Shown one piece after another: positions 22,661 through 33,000 of a stretch of 33,000 nucleotides of DNA; within the stretch, counting starts at the first letter, position 1; every line of letters starts with the position of its first letter. The translations under genes and the position numbers were made by a program. Under the pieces are notes generated by a model that saw only the letters and a list, made by a program, of their open reading frames with translations, had not been told where the DNA came from and made no database searches. This DNA is from Dicyema japonicum. Its lineage: Eukaryota; Animalia; Dicyemida. Where the stretch lies: assembly GCA_011109175.1 (NCBI GenBank), contig RDEW01000027.1, positions 612,827 through 645,826 of the forward strand, given 5' to 3'.

Positions 22661-25600
22661 TGAATAAATAAAGGAAATGAGATGGAATTATGTAAAAATG
22701 ATACAACGAGTTAAGAAGAGAAAGAAATCGTATAGTCAAGTAGGAAAAAGGAAATTTATGTCAAGAAAGTTGACGAACGTGTCAGTGAAATTGATAAGTT
22801 GGGAAACAAAACACAAATGTTTCGAGCAGTTCGTCTTTTGCAGAGGGGAATTCAACCTACGAATATTTGTATTCACGACAGTCAAGGAAGAAATGTATTG
22901 GATAATGAAGAAAAAACTGAGATTATTGCCGAATATTTTTGAGGACTTTCGAATGAAAATGAAACCTCAGATGTGGAGCCATTTGAGAAATCACCAAGAA
23001 GCCTGAATCTACCGATATCTACAGAGGAAACTAACCTGGCAATCATTAAATTAAACAACAACAGGGGCAGCATACATGGAGAAGACAACATGGAGAAGTG
23101 ATCAAGTATGCACCAGGCGAACTGACAACCCTCATTACAAAGATATCAATAAGGTATTTGATACGCATTCCCCTTGAAATTTGGTGATGGAATTTTGATT
23201 CCTCTGCATAAACCAGGAAATAGCAAAAGACCGATAAAAATCTAAGAGCTGTGATATTACTGGGATCATTGAAAAAGATACTATCTCTGATAACCCTCAG
23301 TCGGATGTCTTCTGATGTTTATGAATTTCTGTCGCCGGGACAGAGTGAGTTCAGAAAGGGACGCTCGACCGCAGATGCTGTTTGGTCCCACAGGTGGATA
23401 TGTGCCATGTGTCAACGATACTGGAGTGATTTTAAAATTTTGGGAGTGGACATGTCCAGTGTGTTTGACACTGTCAACAGAAAAACATTGTTGGACGTTG
23501 CTGGGAGTTTTTTTGATGAGGATAACACAAAACTTGTCCGCTTCCTATTATCACTGAATTAACTGTACGAGTTGGGAACACAACATCGGAGCCTTTCGGA
23601 CAACAGTTGGAAAACCTCAATGGGACTCTATCTCCGATTCTATTCGTCGTATACCTGGAAGCGGTATTGAGAACTCTTAGAACAAAATGTGAAGGATGCA
23701 TGCCGATGGATATGCAGATGACATAGATTTTGTGTCAGAAAATGATTTGGAACTTGGACTTGTTTTAGAGAAAATCCCTGGAGAATTTAAGAATTGGTTT
23801 CTGCGAGTTAATCAGGAAAAGACTGAGCACATAAGAATCACAAGGGAATCAAAATACAGTAGGACCCCGCCCCAATCAAACCCCGGCCCTGGGGCACCCT
23901 CTGTATTTGGGGCGATTTTTTAAATAAATATAATTATAAATGATCTTTTACATTTTTTCACATTTTTCGTTCAATAAATTCAAAATAAAAACCCCGCTTT
24001 TTGGGGCACTTTCTCTATAGAAAATTTAAAAATCTATTATTTTAATTTTATCTTTAATTTATTAATTTTCAAATAATTGTCAGCATGCCTGCGAAGCTTG
24101 GTCGATTAAACATGGATGGCTAGATCGATTTAAAAAGCGACATGAATTACTATTCAAAGTAATTTCGGGTGAAAAAAACTCATCCGACAAAAAAAAAACT
24201 TAGAGTTTTTTTAACAATTACGACAGTTTATTTGAGGAATACGATAAAAAAGATATTTTTAACTGCGACGAAACTTCTCTTTTTATTAAAAAATTCACGT
24301 AGATCATTTGTTTCTTCAAATGATGATTGTTTTGGTAAAACGAAAAGTAAAAGAACGAGTTTCAGTTCTTTTATGCGATGGATATTTTTGATACATGGCT
24401 ACAAAAAATAAACTTGGAAATGGTTCAAAAAACAGGAAAATTTTGATTATTATGGATAATGCACGTTGTCACAAATGTCAGGAATATTCAAACTTATCAT
24501 TTCTTAAACTTCCTAAAAACACAACAGCACTTCTTCAACCTTTAGATATGGGGATCATAAACTCATTCAAATCATGTTATAAGAATGTTCTTTATGAAAT
24601 GATATGTCTTGACGATGCTAATGAATACTATGATGCCCTGTTGAAGATCAATATGAGACAAGTAGTCGCATTTGTGGGAGAAGCATGGACTCGTGTAACA
24701 AAAACTACAATATTGAATTGTTGGAAAAAGATAAATGAGCAAAGAACATTTGTCCATGAAACAAATTCAAAAAAAGAATCCGAATTAATTGATGAACATA
24801 TTTAACAGAACTTGAAATAAATGGAATAGAAGACAATGAGGCTTTGTATAATGGAAATAATGAGATGGATGGGCTATATTTAAAAGATACAATAAAAATT
24901 ATGAATAATCTTGAATCTTCATTATTTAACATTTGTCCTGAAGGGCTTAAAGAATACTATGAATTTAGGATTAAAATTTCAAAAATGCTAAGAAACAAAT
25001 ATTCCATTGGGAACAAAATAACTATTTTTTCATAAATAAATTGATTCCTTTTTGCAATATGAAGCAAAACATTGTATTATAAAAAATAATTATTTAAAAA
25101 TACGAATAGAGAGGTTAAAAATGTAATAATTTAGTATACTCTCTATATTTGGGGCACTTTTCTATTGGGGCGGGGTCCTACTGTATATTGATGAAAATTG
25201 GAGGAAAAAAGGAAATTGGGATCCTTACTTGGTGATAGTGAGGACATGATGTACAGAAGAGTTCTAGCCACTCCCATGTATAAGAAATTGCAGAAGATAT
25301 GGAGTCGACAAAAACTAATAAAAACAAATCTAAGAATAAGACTATACAACGCATATATAAAACCGGTGCATATGTACAACTCGGGTACATGGGGGTCACA
25401 GAGCTAGAGTTCAAGAAAATGAATATATTTCATCGCAAAAAATTACGCAATTCAATGGGCCTAGGTTGGCCCAAGAAGATTTCAAACAATAAATTATACT
25501 CTGTGGCACAATCGAGGCCAATAAGCATCGACATTATTGAATCAAGGTGGAGACTGTTCGGGCACGTCCTCAGAATGGACATAAACGCCCCTGCAAAAAT

Positions 25601-25864
25601 AATAATGGATAATTACTTTAACAGTGAGAACAAACCATCAATCAGAGGAAAACCCAGAGTCACTCACCAGTGGCTCTGAACAAGGATCTTAATGGGATTA
25701 GAAGAAATCATAAATCTACAAAAGACCTAGAAGATCTAAGGACAGATGCGCAAAGCAGAGTGCGATGGAGACGCCTAGTGAAGCAGTTTGTGGAACGTGT
25801 GGCACAAACGGGATTTTAGTTAATATAACGTTCTTTGGTTCTGTGAAAGTGCTTTTTAATAATA
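22661..25864 (+). mobile_element. 5'-truncated RTE-like non-LTR retrotransposon (degenerate RT), interrupted by a pogo element
   Basis: RT motifs QSEFRKGRSTADAV, LGVDMSSVFDTVNR, LSPILFVVYLE, GYADDIDF; post-RT KLGSLLGD, IRLYNAYIKPVHMYNSGTW, RWRLFGHVLRMD. 3' end agtgcttttt(aat)n. 11-bp TSD atttcctcatt (22650-22660; 25865-25875). Confidence 0.92.
23857..25183 (+). mobile_element. pogo/Tigger (Tc1-mariner superfamily, DDE_1) DNA transposon, internally deleted, nested in the RTE
   Basis: Perfect 20-bp TIRs CAGTAGGACCCCGCCCCAAT (23857-23876; 25164-25183), TA TSD, subterminal TGGGGCAC repeats. Peptides GWLDRFKKRH, YDKKDIFNCDETSLF, KILIIMDNARCH, LPKNTTALLQPLDMGIINSFK. Confidence 0.95.
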
Positions 25865-26059
25865 ATTTCCTCATTGCTCTTAATATTAATCAAATCTTTA
25901 TTCCAAGACCACCATTACGCTGCGATCAGCTTCAAGAGATTCTCTAAACAACTGGATATCAAAGTACCTGCCCGCAAACCGAAAAATGAACTTTACCAAG
26001 AACTATTATCAGACAAGCAAGTCTCAGGTTATCGCCGGATTAAAGAACTCAAAAAAGTA

Positions 26060-26730
26060 TATTCAATTCACCTAAACACCTAAGCAAATACGCAATTAGC
26101 TACCTACGGAAATTTTTAACCTGTTCGTTAACTGGAACACTATCCCCCAAATATGTAAGAACTCGTTCCCAATTCTTACAGACCAATCTCATTGACCTCT
26201 ACTATATCAAAAGTGTTAGAAAAGTTGATCCTATCTGAAATTACTATTTCCCTAACTCAATTGAATTTCCAACACGGATTCCGTTCTGGAAGATCAACCA
26301 CGACTTTCTTTCAACGCTTTCACAATTCATTGCGGATGGTTTCAACACTACCTCAAAACACATGCGGACAACAATGGTCTCAATTGACATCAATAAAGCG
26401 TTTGACTCGGTACCGAGGAAACATTTAATTGGAAAAATCTTTGATTCAAAAATTCGCCTTAACTTGAAGCTATGGCTGGCCAATTTTTTTATCTGGAAGA
26501 CGTAGGAGGGTCATCTGTGGCCACCTTAGATCACGATCACATTGCTACCAAAGCTACCAAACGGAGTGCCCCAAGGTTCGTCTTTGTCCCTCACTCTATT
26601 CAACCTTTTCACCACGGGACGCGACATTTGTATCATTGATCTCTTGGAAGAAGTAGAAATGTAAACATCCCACCAACTCATTGGGTCTTCATACATAATC
26701 TCCGCAACATCTCCCTGTAGCGCAATGTTC
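26060..26730 (+). mobile_element. Degenerate non-LTR retrotransposon RT fragment (Jockey/I-group-like)
   Basis: Peptides SYRPISLTSTISKVLEKLI, QHGFRSGRSTT, SIDINKAFDSV, NGVPQGSSLSLTLFNLF, with frameshifts. Ends approximate. Confidence 0.85.
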
Positions 26731-26826
26731 ACTCTCCTCTTAAATTGAATTTAACGGAAATCAAATAATGTTAACTTTTTTTCTTTTTGAGTCACTGAAG
26801 ACACCCAACTTTGAAGTGATCATCAT

Positions 26827-26925
26827 TGATGACGGCGTCACTTGTCAATCCCAGAGGCACCATAGATGCGTGGAACCTTCAACCTTAACAGACAACATCG
26901 AGATTAGAACCCGGAACCATCTGGA
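26827..26925 (+). repeat. Dispersed repeat, homologous to 32018-32115
   Basis: tgatgacggcgt...tagatgcgtggaacct.caac shared between the two loci, with weaker collinear similarity downstream. Confidence 0.65.
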
Positions 26926-27076
26926 TTTGTGACTGCGCTGATGGGGACATGTCGAAGAGTCTCCATCGACCTCTAAAGACTACCCCCACCTTGTATAAAG
27001 ATTTTATTACTCTGTTACATAAAATAAGCAAATCACTAATAAAAATTTATTATAGAATAAACAATATAACAGCAAA

Positions 27077-29064
27077 TTAATCATCAATGAAATCGTTTGA
27101 GTACTCCTCATCACTTCCCGGCACAACTGTTCCCCTACTTTCATCTAAGCCATCTTCCAGACGACGTTCTTCACCCACTTCCCCAGAAACTGATAAAATT
27201 AAGAAAACCACCATTGGGAGAGATAAACTCTCCCATTATTAAGTCGGACCGAGTCGAGATTTTCTGCATAAACGCATCAAAGACAGACTCCGACTCGACT
27301 TTTGGGCTAAAAATGAGATTGGAGAGGCAAACGTGGAGTCCTCATTAAGATTCGAAAAGAAGGAGTTAAACTGCTTAAAAGTCTCCTCAATATAATTCAG
27401 GAATTCATTATTTTCCAGCAACGAATGCTTCGACAATTCCTTGGTTAAGCGTTTATTTTCCTTAAAGAGCTAAAATGAACCCAAATTCGACCGAAGAGAG
27501 CTGTTCAACCAAATCCTTCTTCTCGTGGTTGGACTTCTTCAGTTGAAGCTTCAAACCGTCAATCTCTTGACGCAATTTGTTGACTTGATGAACGTTGGAT
27601 AGTTTGCTATGGTCGTCAGTCTTTGGGTTGATCCTTCCAATAAGAATTCACGATACCTTAAATTCTCTGATTTTGAAAACGGAGAAATGCTCAGCCAACC
27701 GAACTGCATATACAAACAAAATACAGAGCTTTGGCCATTTCCACAGTTGATTCTCAGTTGCTCGTGAATTCCATCGATGATAATCGTGTCTCAAATAAAC
27801 CATCTACAATACCGATGTCGTTATCTCGGATATCAAAAACGAATAGAGAAGTGTTTAGTCTCAGCATATCAAGCACTGCTTGTCCACCATGAACGGTTAT
27901 CCCAATTCGCTGTAAGTCAACAGCTAAATTAAACAAATTTGAAAGAAGCATTATAGGACTAAACTATTTTCTTATAAGTTACTTAAAAACTAATATATTC
28001 CTAATAAAATAAAAATTTAAATTAAAACAATAAAAATTATTTTTAAAAATAATGAAAACTGCTAAGCGATGTGTGACAAAACAATTTGGTAATACATAAG
28101 TAAAAATTAGATAATACATTAGCATAACAATGACAATTGAATAAAGAATAATCGGCCTACCTTTGACCCAAACGTCATTCTCCAAAGTGTTCGCAATCTC
28201 CTTAACTCCATCATCATTAATCGACGGGTTGTCATTCAAAGTTACACGTCTGAGACAGTTCATTCTGTCAAAATTTGGCAATTGATATCTCAGTGTGTGC
28301 TTCCACGCTTCATCGTGCCTTCTGACGGCATGTGACTACAATAAAAGTTAACCCAACTTTAATCACCGAGCAGAGCAAGGAGACCGAATCGTTCGTCAGA
28401 CCACAGCCACTTAGATTCAGCACAGAAATAGAATCCTGGATTCCCTCAAGAACGGCTAAATTGATACCCACAGCTCACTTTTTGCTCCTTCATCCTCAAT
28501 ACTGGAGTACGCAAAGGAGAGAGATTTTAGCTTTATCTCTGAGGATCTGATGAACTTGCATAATTCTGCCAAATTACTTTAAAAATGCAAATTATGTGGC
28601 CTTTGGTGAGAGACAGGCCCCTCCAGGTGAAGAACCATGAGGGACCTGTCGTAGGAAATCAGACAGTGAGTGATCTGACAAGCCTTCTAATGATAATTGG
28701 ATCATTGATCGATGGGTGGTGCTTTTTAGGAGATCGATTGGTCCGCATGTCGCCCCCCGTTTTATAGACTAAAATATTAAGTAAAGTTAATTTGAGGGAT
28801 TTGAGTAAATTTACAATTTTCAATCGTCCGGATATTCCGAATCGACACCTTCTCCATGTCCCTGTTTACGTTTATGGTGTTGAGGAGAGCGTTCCAGTCG
28901 CACTTTCTAGGATGGAAATAATTTGCTTACTGCAGTTTTTCTGCTTCAATTTCAAGAAATTTAGACCGGGCCATCGTTCTGATGTGGTTGGAGGGAGTGG
29001 AGCTCTCCAGGGAGCATTGCTTGAGATAAACCGCATCAAAGTCAAAATCTTTGTTCGTCATCAT
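27077..29064 (-). CDS. CEP78: Centrosomal protein of 78 kDa (LRR), multi-exon
   Basis: Peptides MMTNKDFDFDAVYLKQCSLESSTP, DWNALLNTINVNRDM, RRHDEAWKHTLRYQLPNFDRMNCLRRVTLNDNPSINDDG, LENDVWVK/AVDLQRIGIT, FDIRDN, then a coiled-coil C-terminus. 3' end approximate. Confidence 0.88.
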
Positions 29065-29273
29065 TTCGAAATAGTAGTTTCTTTAATTATATAACAAAAA
29101 TGCTACGTCGAGAACGCTGGCGGCGTTGTATTTGTGGAACTATAGAAATATTTATGACAAATTTGATTTATTTAATTAAATTATTTTATTATTAATTAAA
29201 TATTTATAGCAGATATTTAACTTGAGAATAATTTGTTCAAATAATTAGTCGGTGTGGTTCTGCTGGTTTCAAA
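29065..29273. promoter_or_regulatory. Putative compact bidirectional promoter between CEP78 and IDH3A
   Basis: Head-to-head ATGs separated by 209 bp with a very AT-rich core. Inferred from gene geometry only. Confidence 0.5.
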
Positions 29274-30511
29274 ATGATTCGAGGGGTAGGCTTGTTTTGA
29301 TCATTCTAGGCTATTAGAAAAGTGACGCTGATACCAGGTGATGGAATCGGCCCTGAGATATCGGAATCTGTTCAAAAAATATTCTTGGCCGCTCAAGTAT
29401 ATTAAAATCAATAACCCCAATCTCCTAGGCTCCAATAGAATGGGAGGTGGTTAATGTGACTCCAGTAAAATCTATTGATGGGTCGTATATGATTCCAAGG
29501 GAGTGCATTGAGTCGATGGGGAACACCAAGGTTGGACTAAAGGGTCCCTTAGCTACTCCAATTGGAAAGGGCCACCAGTCTCTCAACCTCCTCCTAAGAA
29601 AGTTTAGCTTTATAATATTCAGGACTTTTAACCTCTTTGCGAATGTCAGACCTTGCAAATCATTGGTTGGATATAAAACCTTGTACGACAACGTTGATGT
29701 GGTGACCATCAGAGAAAACACTGAGGGGGAATACAGTGGTATCGAACACGTGGTTTACATACGCCTTATTTTAGGTGACTCCTGGAGTTGTTCAGAGTAT
29801 TAAACTTATAACGCAGAAGGCTTCTAGGAGAGTAGCCGAATTCGCTTTTAAATATGCACGTGATAACAACCGCAGTGGAGTCACAGCGGTCCACAAGGCT
29901 AACATAATGTTTGGATTTCAAATTGAGTTACTTTAGGCGAATGTCTGATGGTCTCTTCCTTAAGTGCTGTCGACAGGTTGCAGCGGAAAACCCTGATATT
30001 CCCTTTAACGAGATGAATCTTGATACTGTGTGCCTTAATGTACGAGATTTCTGTAAACCTATTAGATGACTCAAAATCCGAGTAACTTTGACTTACTACT
30101 GATGCCGAATCTATACGGGGATATTCTCAGGTCTTCAATTTACGTTAATCCAGTGATTTGTGTGCTGGGCTTATTGGAGGGTTGGGAATCACTCCCAGTG
30201 GGAATATTGGGGAAGAAGGAGCCATTTTTGAATCGGTTGTCATATTCTTTATTCCAGGTCCACGGAACTGCCCCTGATATTGCGGGACTTGACATGGCGA
30301 ACCCGACCGCCTTGCTGTTGAGCAGCTGCATGATGCTCAGATATCTTAATCTGCCTGATCATGCTAATCGTATTGAGAAAGCCTGTCTTAGGGCTATTGC
30401 TGATGCTTCTGTATTATAATTTCTTGATTCCAGGCACTCACTAAAGACTTGGGCGGGGATTCTACTTGTTCTCAGTTTACGAGCGCTGTCATTGACCATC
30501 TTGAGGATTAG
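29274..30511 (+). CDS. IDH3A: NAD-dependent isocitrate dehydrogenase subunit alpha, 10 exons
   Basis: Motifs [94 protein letters not shown]. Introns at 29286-29309, 29397-29428, 29602-29622, 29753-29774, 29909-29936, 30040-30065, 30131-30153, 30236-30257, 30411-30433. Confidence 0.96.
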
Positions 30512-31679
30512 GGACATTTATGCACTAATAATATTGACAGTACTAAAATTCATGCTTACTAATATGCTGTTGTTTATGCTTAGTCTTGTCAAGTGTTCAT
30601 CAACTTGGGGCAATAGGATGATTTAGGCATGGAATTAAGCTGTCTATTGGGAGTACATCCCTGTTTGTAGGACTGGTGTGGGATTATTGAGGGGACTGCA
30701 TTTTGAATCAAGATTGTGATTTATTAGGGTGAGTGATCATGATTAAGATTTATTTGAGTTCTTTTGTTCCACCAGTTGTTAATAGACTGTGGGCATTCCG
30801 TGAATAATGCCCATTCTAAGACTAAGGCGATTTGCCCATAATGGTGTCTCAAGCTCAGAAAATTCATTCATTTTCCCACTTGACACAGTCAGCAACTGTG
30901 CAAGACAAACGAGAGCTGAAGTCGACCGTTTGTCGACCGTTTTACTTTTTTTAAAGATTTCACATCTATTCTTTTACTCCCAGTCTTTTCAAGTGAAGGA
31001 AACTATAGCCTAACATTAAAGTAGCAGCCAATTAACGAAAATTATCATAAGCAACGTTAAGTCACAAATTCGAAAACCTCTAAGGAAACTAAATAATATT
31101 TGAGTTCATTACCAGAACCGATTACTGTATGAGACTGATTACCACGTGACCTTGATTGATTTTTGTAAATTAGACATTAATGGATTTATTATTAGGTGAA
31201 TTACACATTAACGTTTAACCCCAATTCACGATTTTGCCCCCATTTGTGTATAGCGGGCTTTTGAAGACAAATTGAGATTAGTGATTTAGAATCTTTGATT
31301 CCAGGATACGTCATAGTGGGACTCGCACATCTACAATGTTGGCTTAGTCCATCTTTGTGTAGAGGAGTAGATAGAGATCTCTTTTGTCCTCCACTTGTTT
31401 GTTTTTCCGATTGTTTTCTGTAAAGACAACTGGATTGCTTGTCCTTCGCACTATGGAATAGGCCAACATGTAGGAACACTAAAGAGAGAACTTAGAATGA
31501 CAAAGAGGATTTCTGACTTTCACAAGGGACCATAGTGGTTAGAAACATGACGTCTTCTAGAGGAACCTCGAAAATTACTACCTATGTGGGAGTAACAACT
31601 TATTTCAACCAGAAATTCCCAGAACTCCGAGAAAGATTTTATGAGCTCCCCTAAAAAGACTAAAAACCCAGTCACTTGT

Positions 31680-31960
31680 TTCAGGCGATATTGTTCACAG
31701 ACGTGGGGGATGAATCTTAGTGAAGTGTAAGATCGTCTTCAATCTGAAATAATAGTTTGTACTGCTGAGACGTTAATGAGATATTCTCAAGCATAAGGCA
31801 TAGTCCTTGAAGTCAAATAATGACAGATGGATAGAAGGCGTATGCTGCTCTCGCACTGTGGGGAGATAGAGTTTACAAGTATGACACTGTTAACCACTCT
31901 GAAAGCTTCGTAGGTTTACAAGATCTCACATTTCGCACACAAACATTCGGTTCTGTAAAA
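31680..31960 (+). mobile_element. Degraded Merlin (IS1016/IS1595-like DDE) transposase fragment
   Basis: TDG*KAYAALALWGDRVYKYDTVNHSESFVGLQDLTFRTQTFGS matches the Merlin/ISXO2 motif 'xD.WxAY..L...H.TVNHS..FV....HTQTIES'. No TIRs found. Confidence 0.7.
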
Positions 31961-32017
31961 TGGTTATGTATTTCTCTGTGTCATTTATAGACGATCAGGT
32001 TTCGCAAAAAATGTTCA

Positions 32018-32115
32018 CTGATGACGGCGTTACTCTTCAAACCAAAGCATCGTAGATGCGTGGAACCTGCAACTGTAATGCATAGCAACAGGATTCCAAC
32101 TAGGGGTCATCAGGC
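32018..32115 (+). repeat. Dispersed repeat, homologous to 26827-26925
   Basis: Same shared blocks as 26827-26925; both loci read DDGVT..RCVEP.T when translated (with a frameshift in this copy). Confidence 0.65.
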
Positions 32116-32279
32116 TTCTTGCCCGGCACCCATTACACTGTGCCACCAAACGTTATGTTATATTATTTATTTAACAAATCAAGACCACGGAAAAACCAAA
32201 CTAATTATCACGTGATCCTGATGCAGTCCAACAGCGACCCGGAGTTCTTTCCTCGTGCCCGCTCATGAACGAACAGGAT

Positions 32280-32756
32280 TATTATTATTAAAAAGCACTC
32301 CCGAGAAAACATAAAATTAGTTAAGTTTCCCTTGTGCCGTATTCCGAATCATCCTCTCCTTCAGTTTCGACCATGATCTTCTGTTGCGCACTAGTTCTCT
32401 AGGTAGTCCAGGTCGTCCGCCATTTCCATTATAATATCAGACGATGTCCACACTCTTGTAACGTAGTGAATCAGGTCCTGATGGACTGCAAATCCAAGAC
32501 CATAATGTAGGCAGGCCAACGGGAGTATAAAAAGGTGGAATTTTCCAAACAGTTCTGTACATTGTACGGTCGTTTTTGTCTGTTGTAGACAGCAGACAGA
32601 GACGTCATATTTGGTTAGATCGCATACCAGTTGGTGTTTCTTGTAAGGTTGTATAAGTCCTCTGCAATTGAAAGATCCCAGAGTGAACGGAGAAGTCGGT
32701 AAGGAATACGAATGAGACAGTGCAATAGAGGTGTCGTCACCACCTCAATCAGAAAA
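32280..32756 (-). mobile_element. Bipartite, internally deleted RTE-like retroelement (5' APE start fused to 3' end)
   Basis: Minus strand GSFNCRGLIQPYKKHQLVCDLTKYDVSVCCLQQTK...HYGLGFAVHQDLIHYVTRVWTSSD (APE N-terminus) is followed directly by DDLDYL..ELVRNRRSWSKL (ORF C-terminus). Tail agtgcttttt(aat)4. 12-bp TSD with 1 mismatch: aacgaacaggat 32268-32279 and aacgtacaggat 32757-32768. Confidence 0.85.
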
Positions 32757-33000
32757 AACGTACAGGATGCTAAAGAAAATTGATAAAAAATATTCAAAAT
32801 CCTGACATATACAATAGAAAAATTAAAAAAAATAAAATAGTAAGAAATTTAAAAAATAAAAGCTGAATTATCATACGGAGAAAAACCATGGCAAACGCGG
32901 CATTACACAGGCTGAAAAACCTTTTGCTAAAACGGAAAGGGAATAACATAAAACAAAGGATAATGTTATACGACACCTTTATTAAACCAATCCTACTATA

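Noticed and set aside
28792-29721. ORFs antisense to CEP78 (28792-29094) and IDH3A (29425-29721), and similar short track ORFs
   Set aside because: Shadow ORFs opposite real exons with no independent support.
30600-31050. Possible Jockey-like LINE 3' relic on the minus strand
   Set aside because: Similarity is limited to a few residues across frameshifts.

Overview
AT-rich, gene-dense eukaryotic DNA read in the standard genetic code (TAA/TAG/TGA all terminate genes). The genes are metazoan-type and split by very short GT-AG introns, mostly 21-32 nt, which is why the ORF track is fragmented. Manual splicing gives GPALPP1, an unidentified acidic protein, a NIM1K-like kinase, RTEL1, nicastrin, CEP78 and IDH3A. 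This combination best fits a dicyemid mesozoan-like genome (inference). Intergenic DNA is mostly transposon remains: a TIR/TSD-bounded hAT (Buster-type) element; an RTE-like LINE with a pogo/Tigger element nested inside it; two further RTE-like copies, one a 477-bp bipartite 5'+3' non-autonomous unit with a TSD; and Jockey-like and Merlin-like relics. Most notable are the micro-intron splicing system (degenerate donors, GAG acceptors, many stop-free 3n introns), the bipartite RTE element, and two unidentified dispersed repeat/paralog families. All identifications come from manual reading and recalled motifs; no searches were run.
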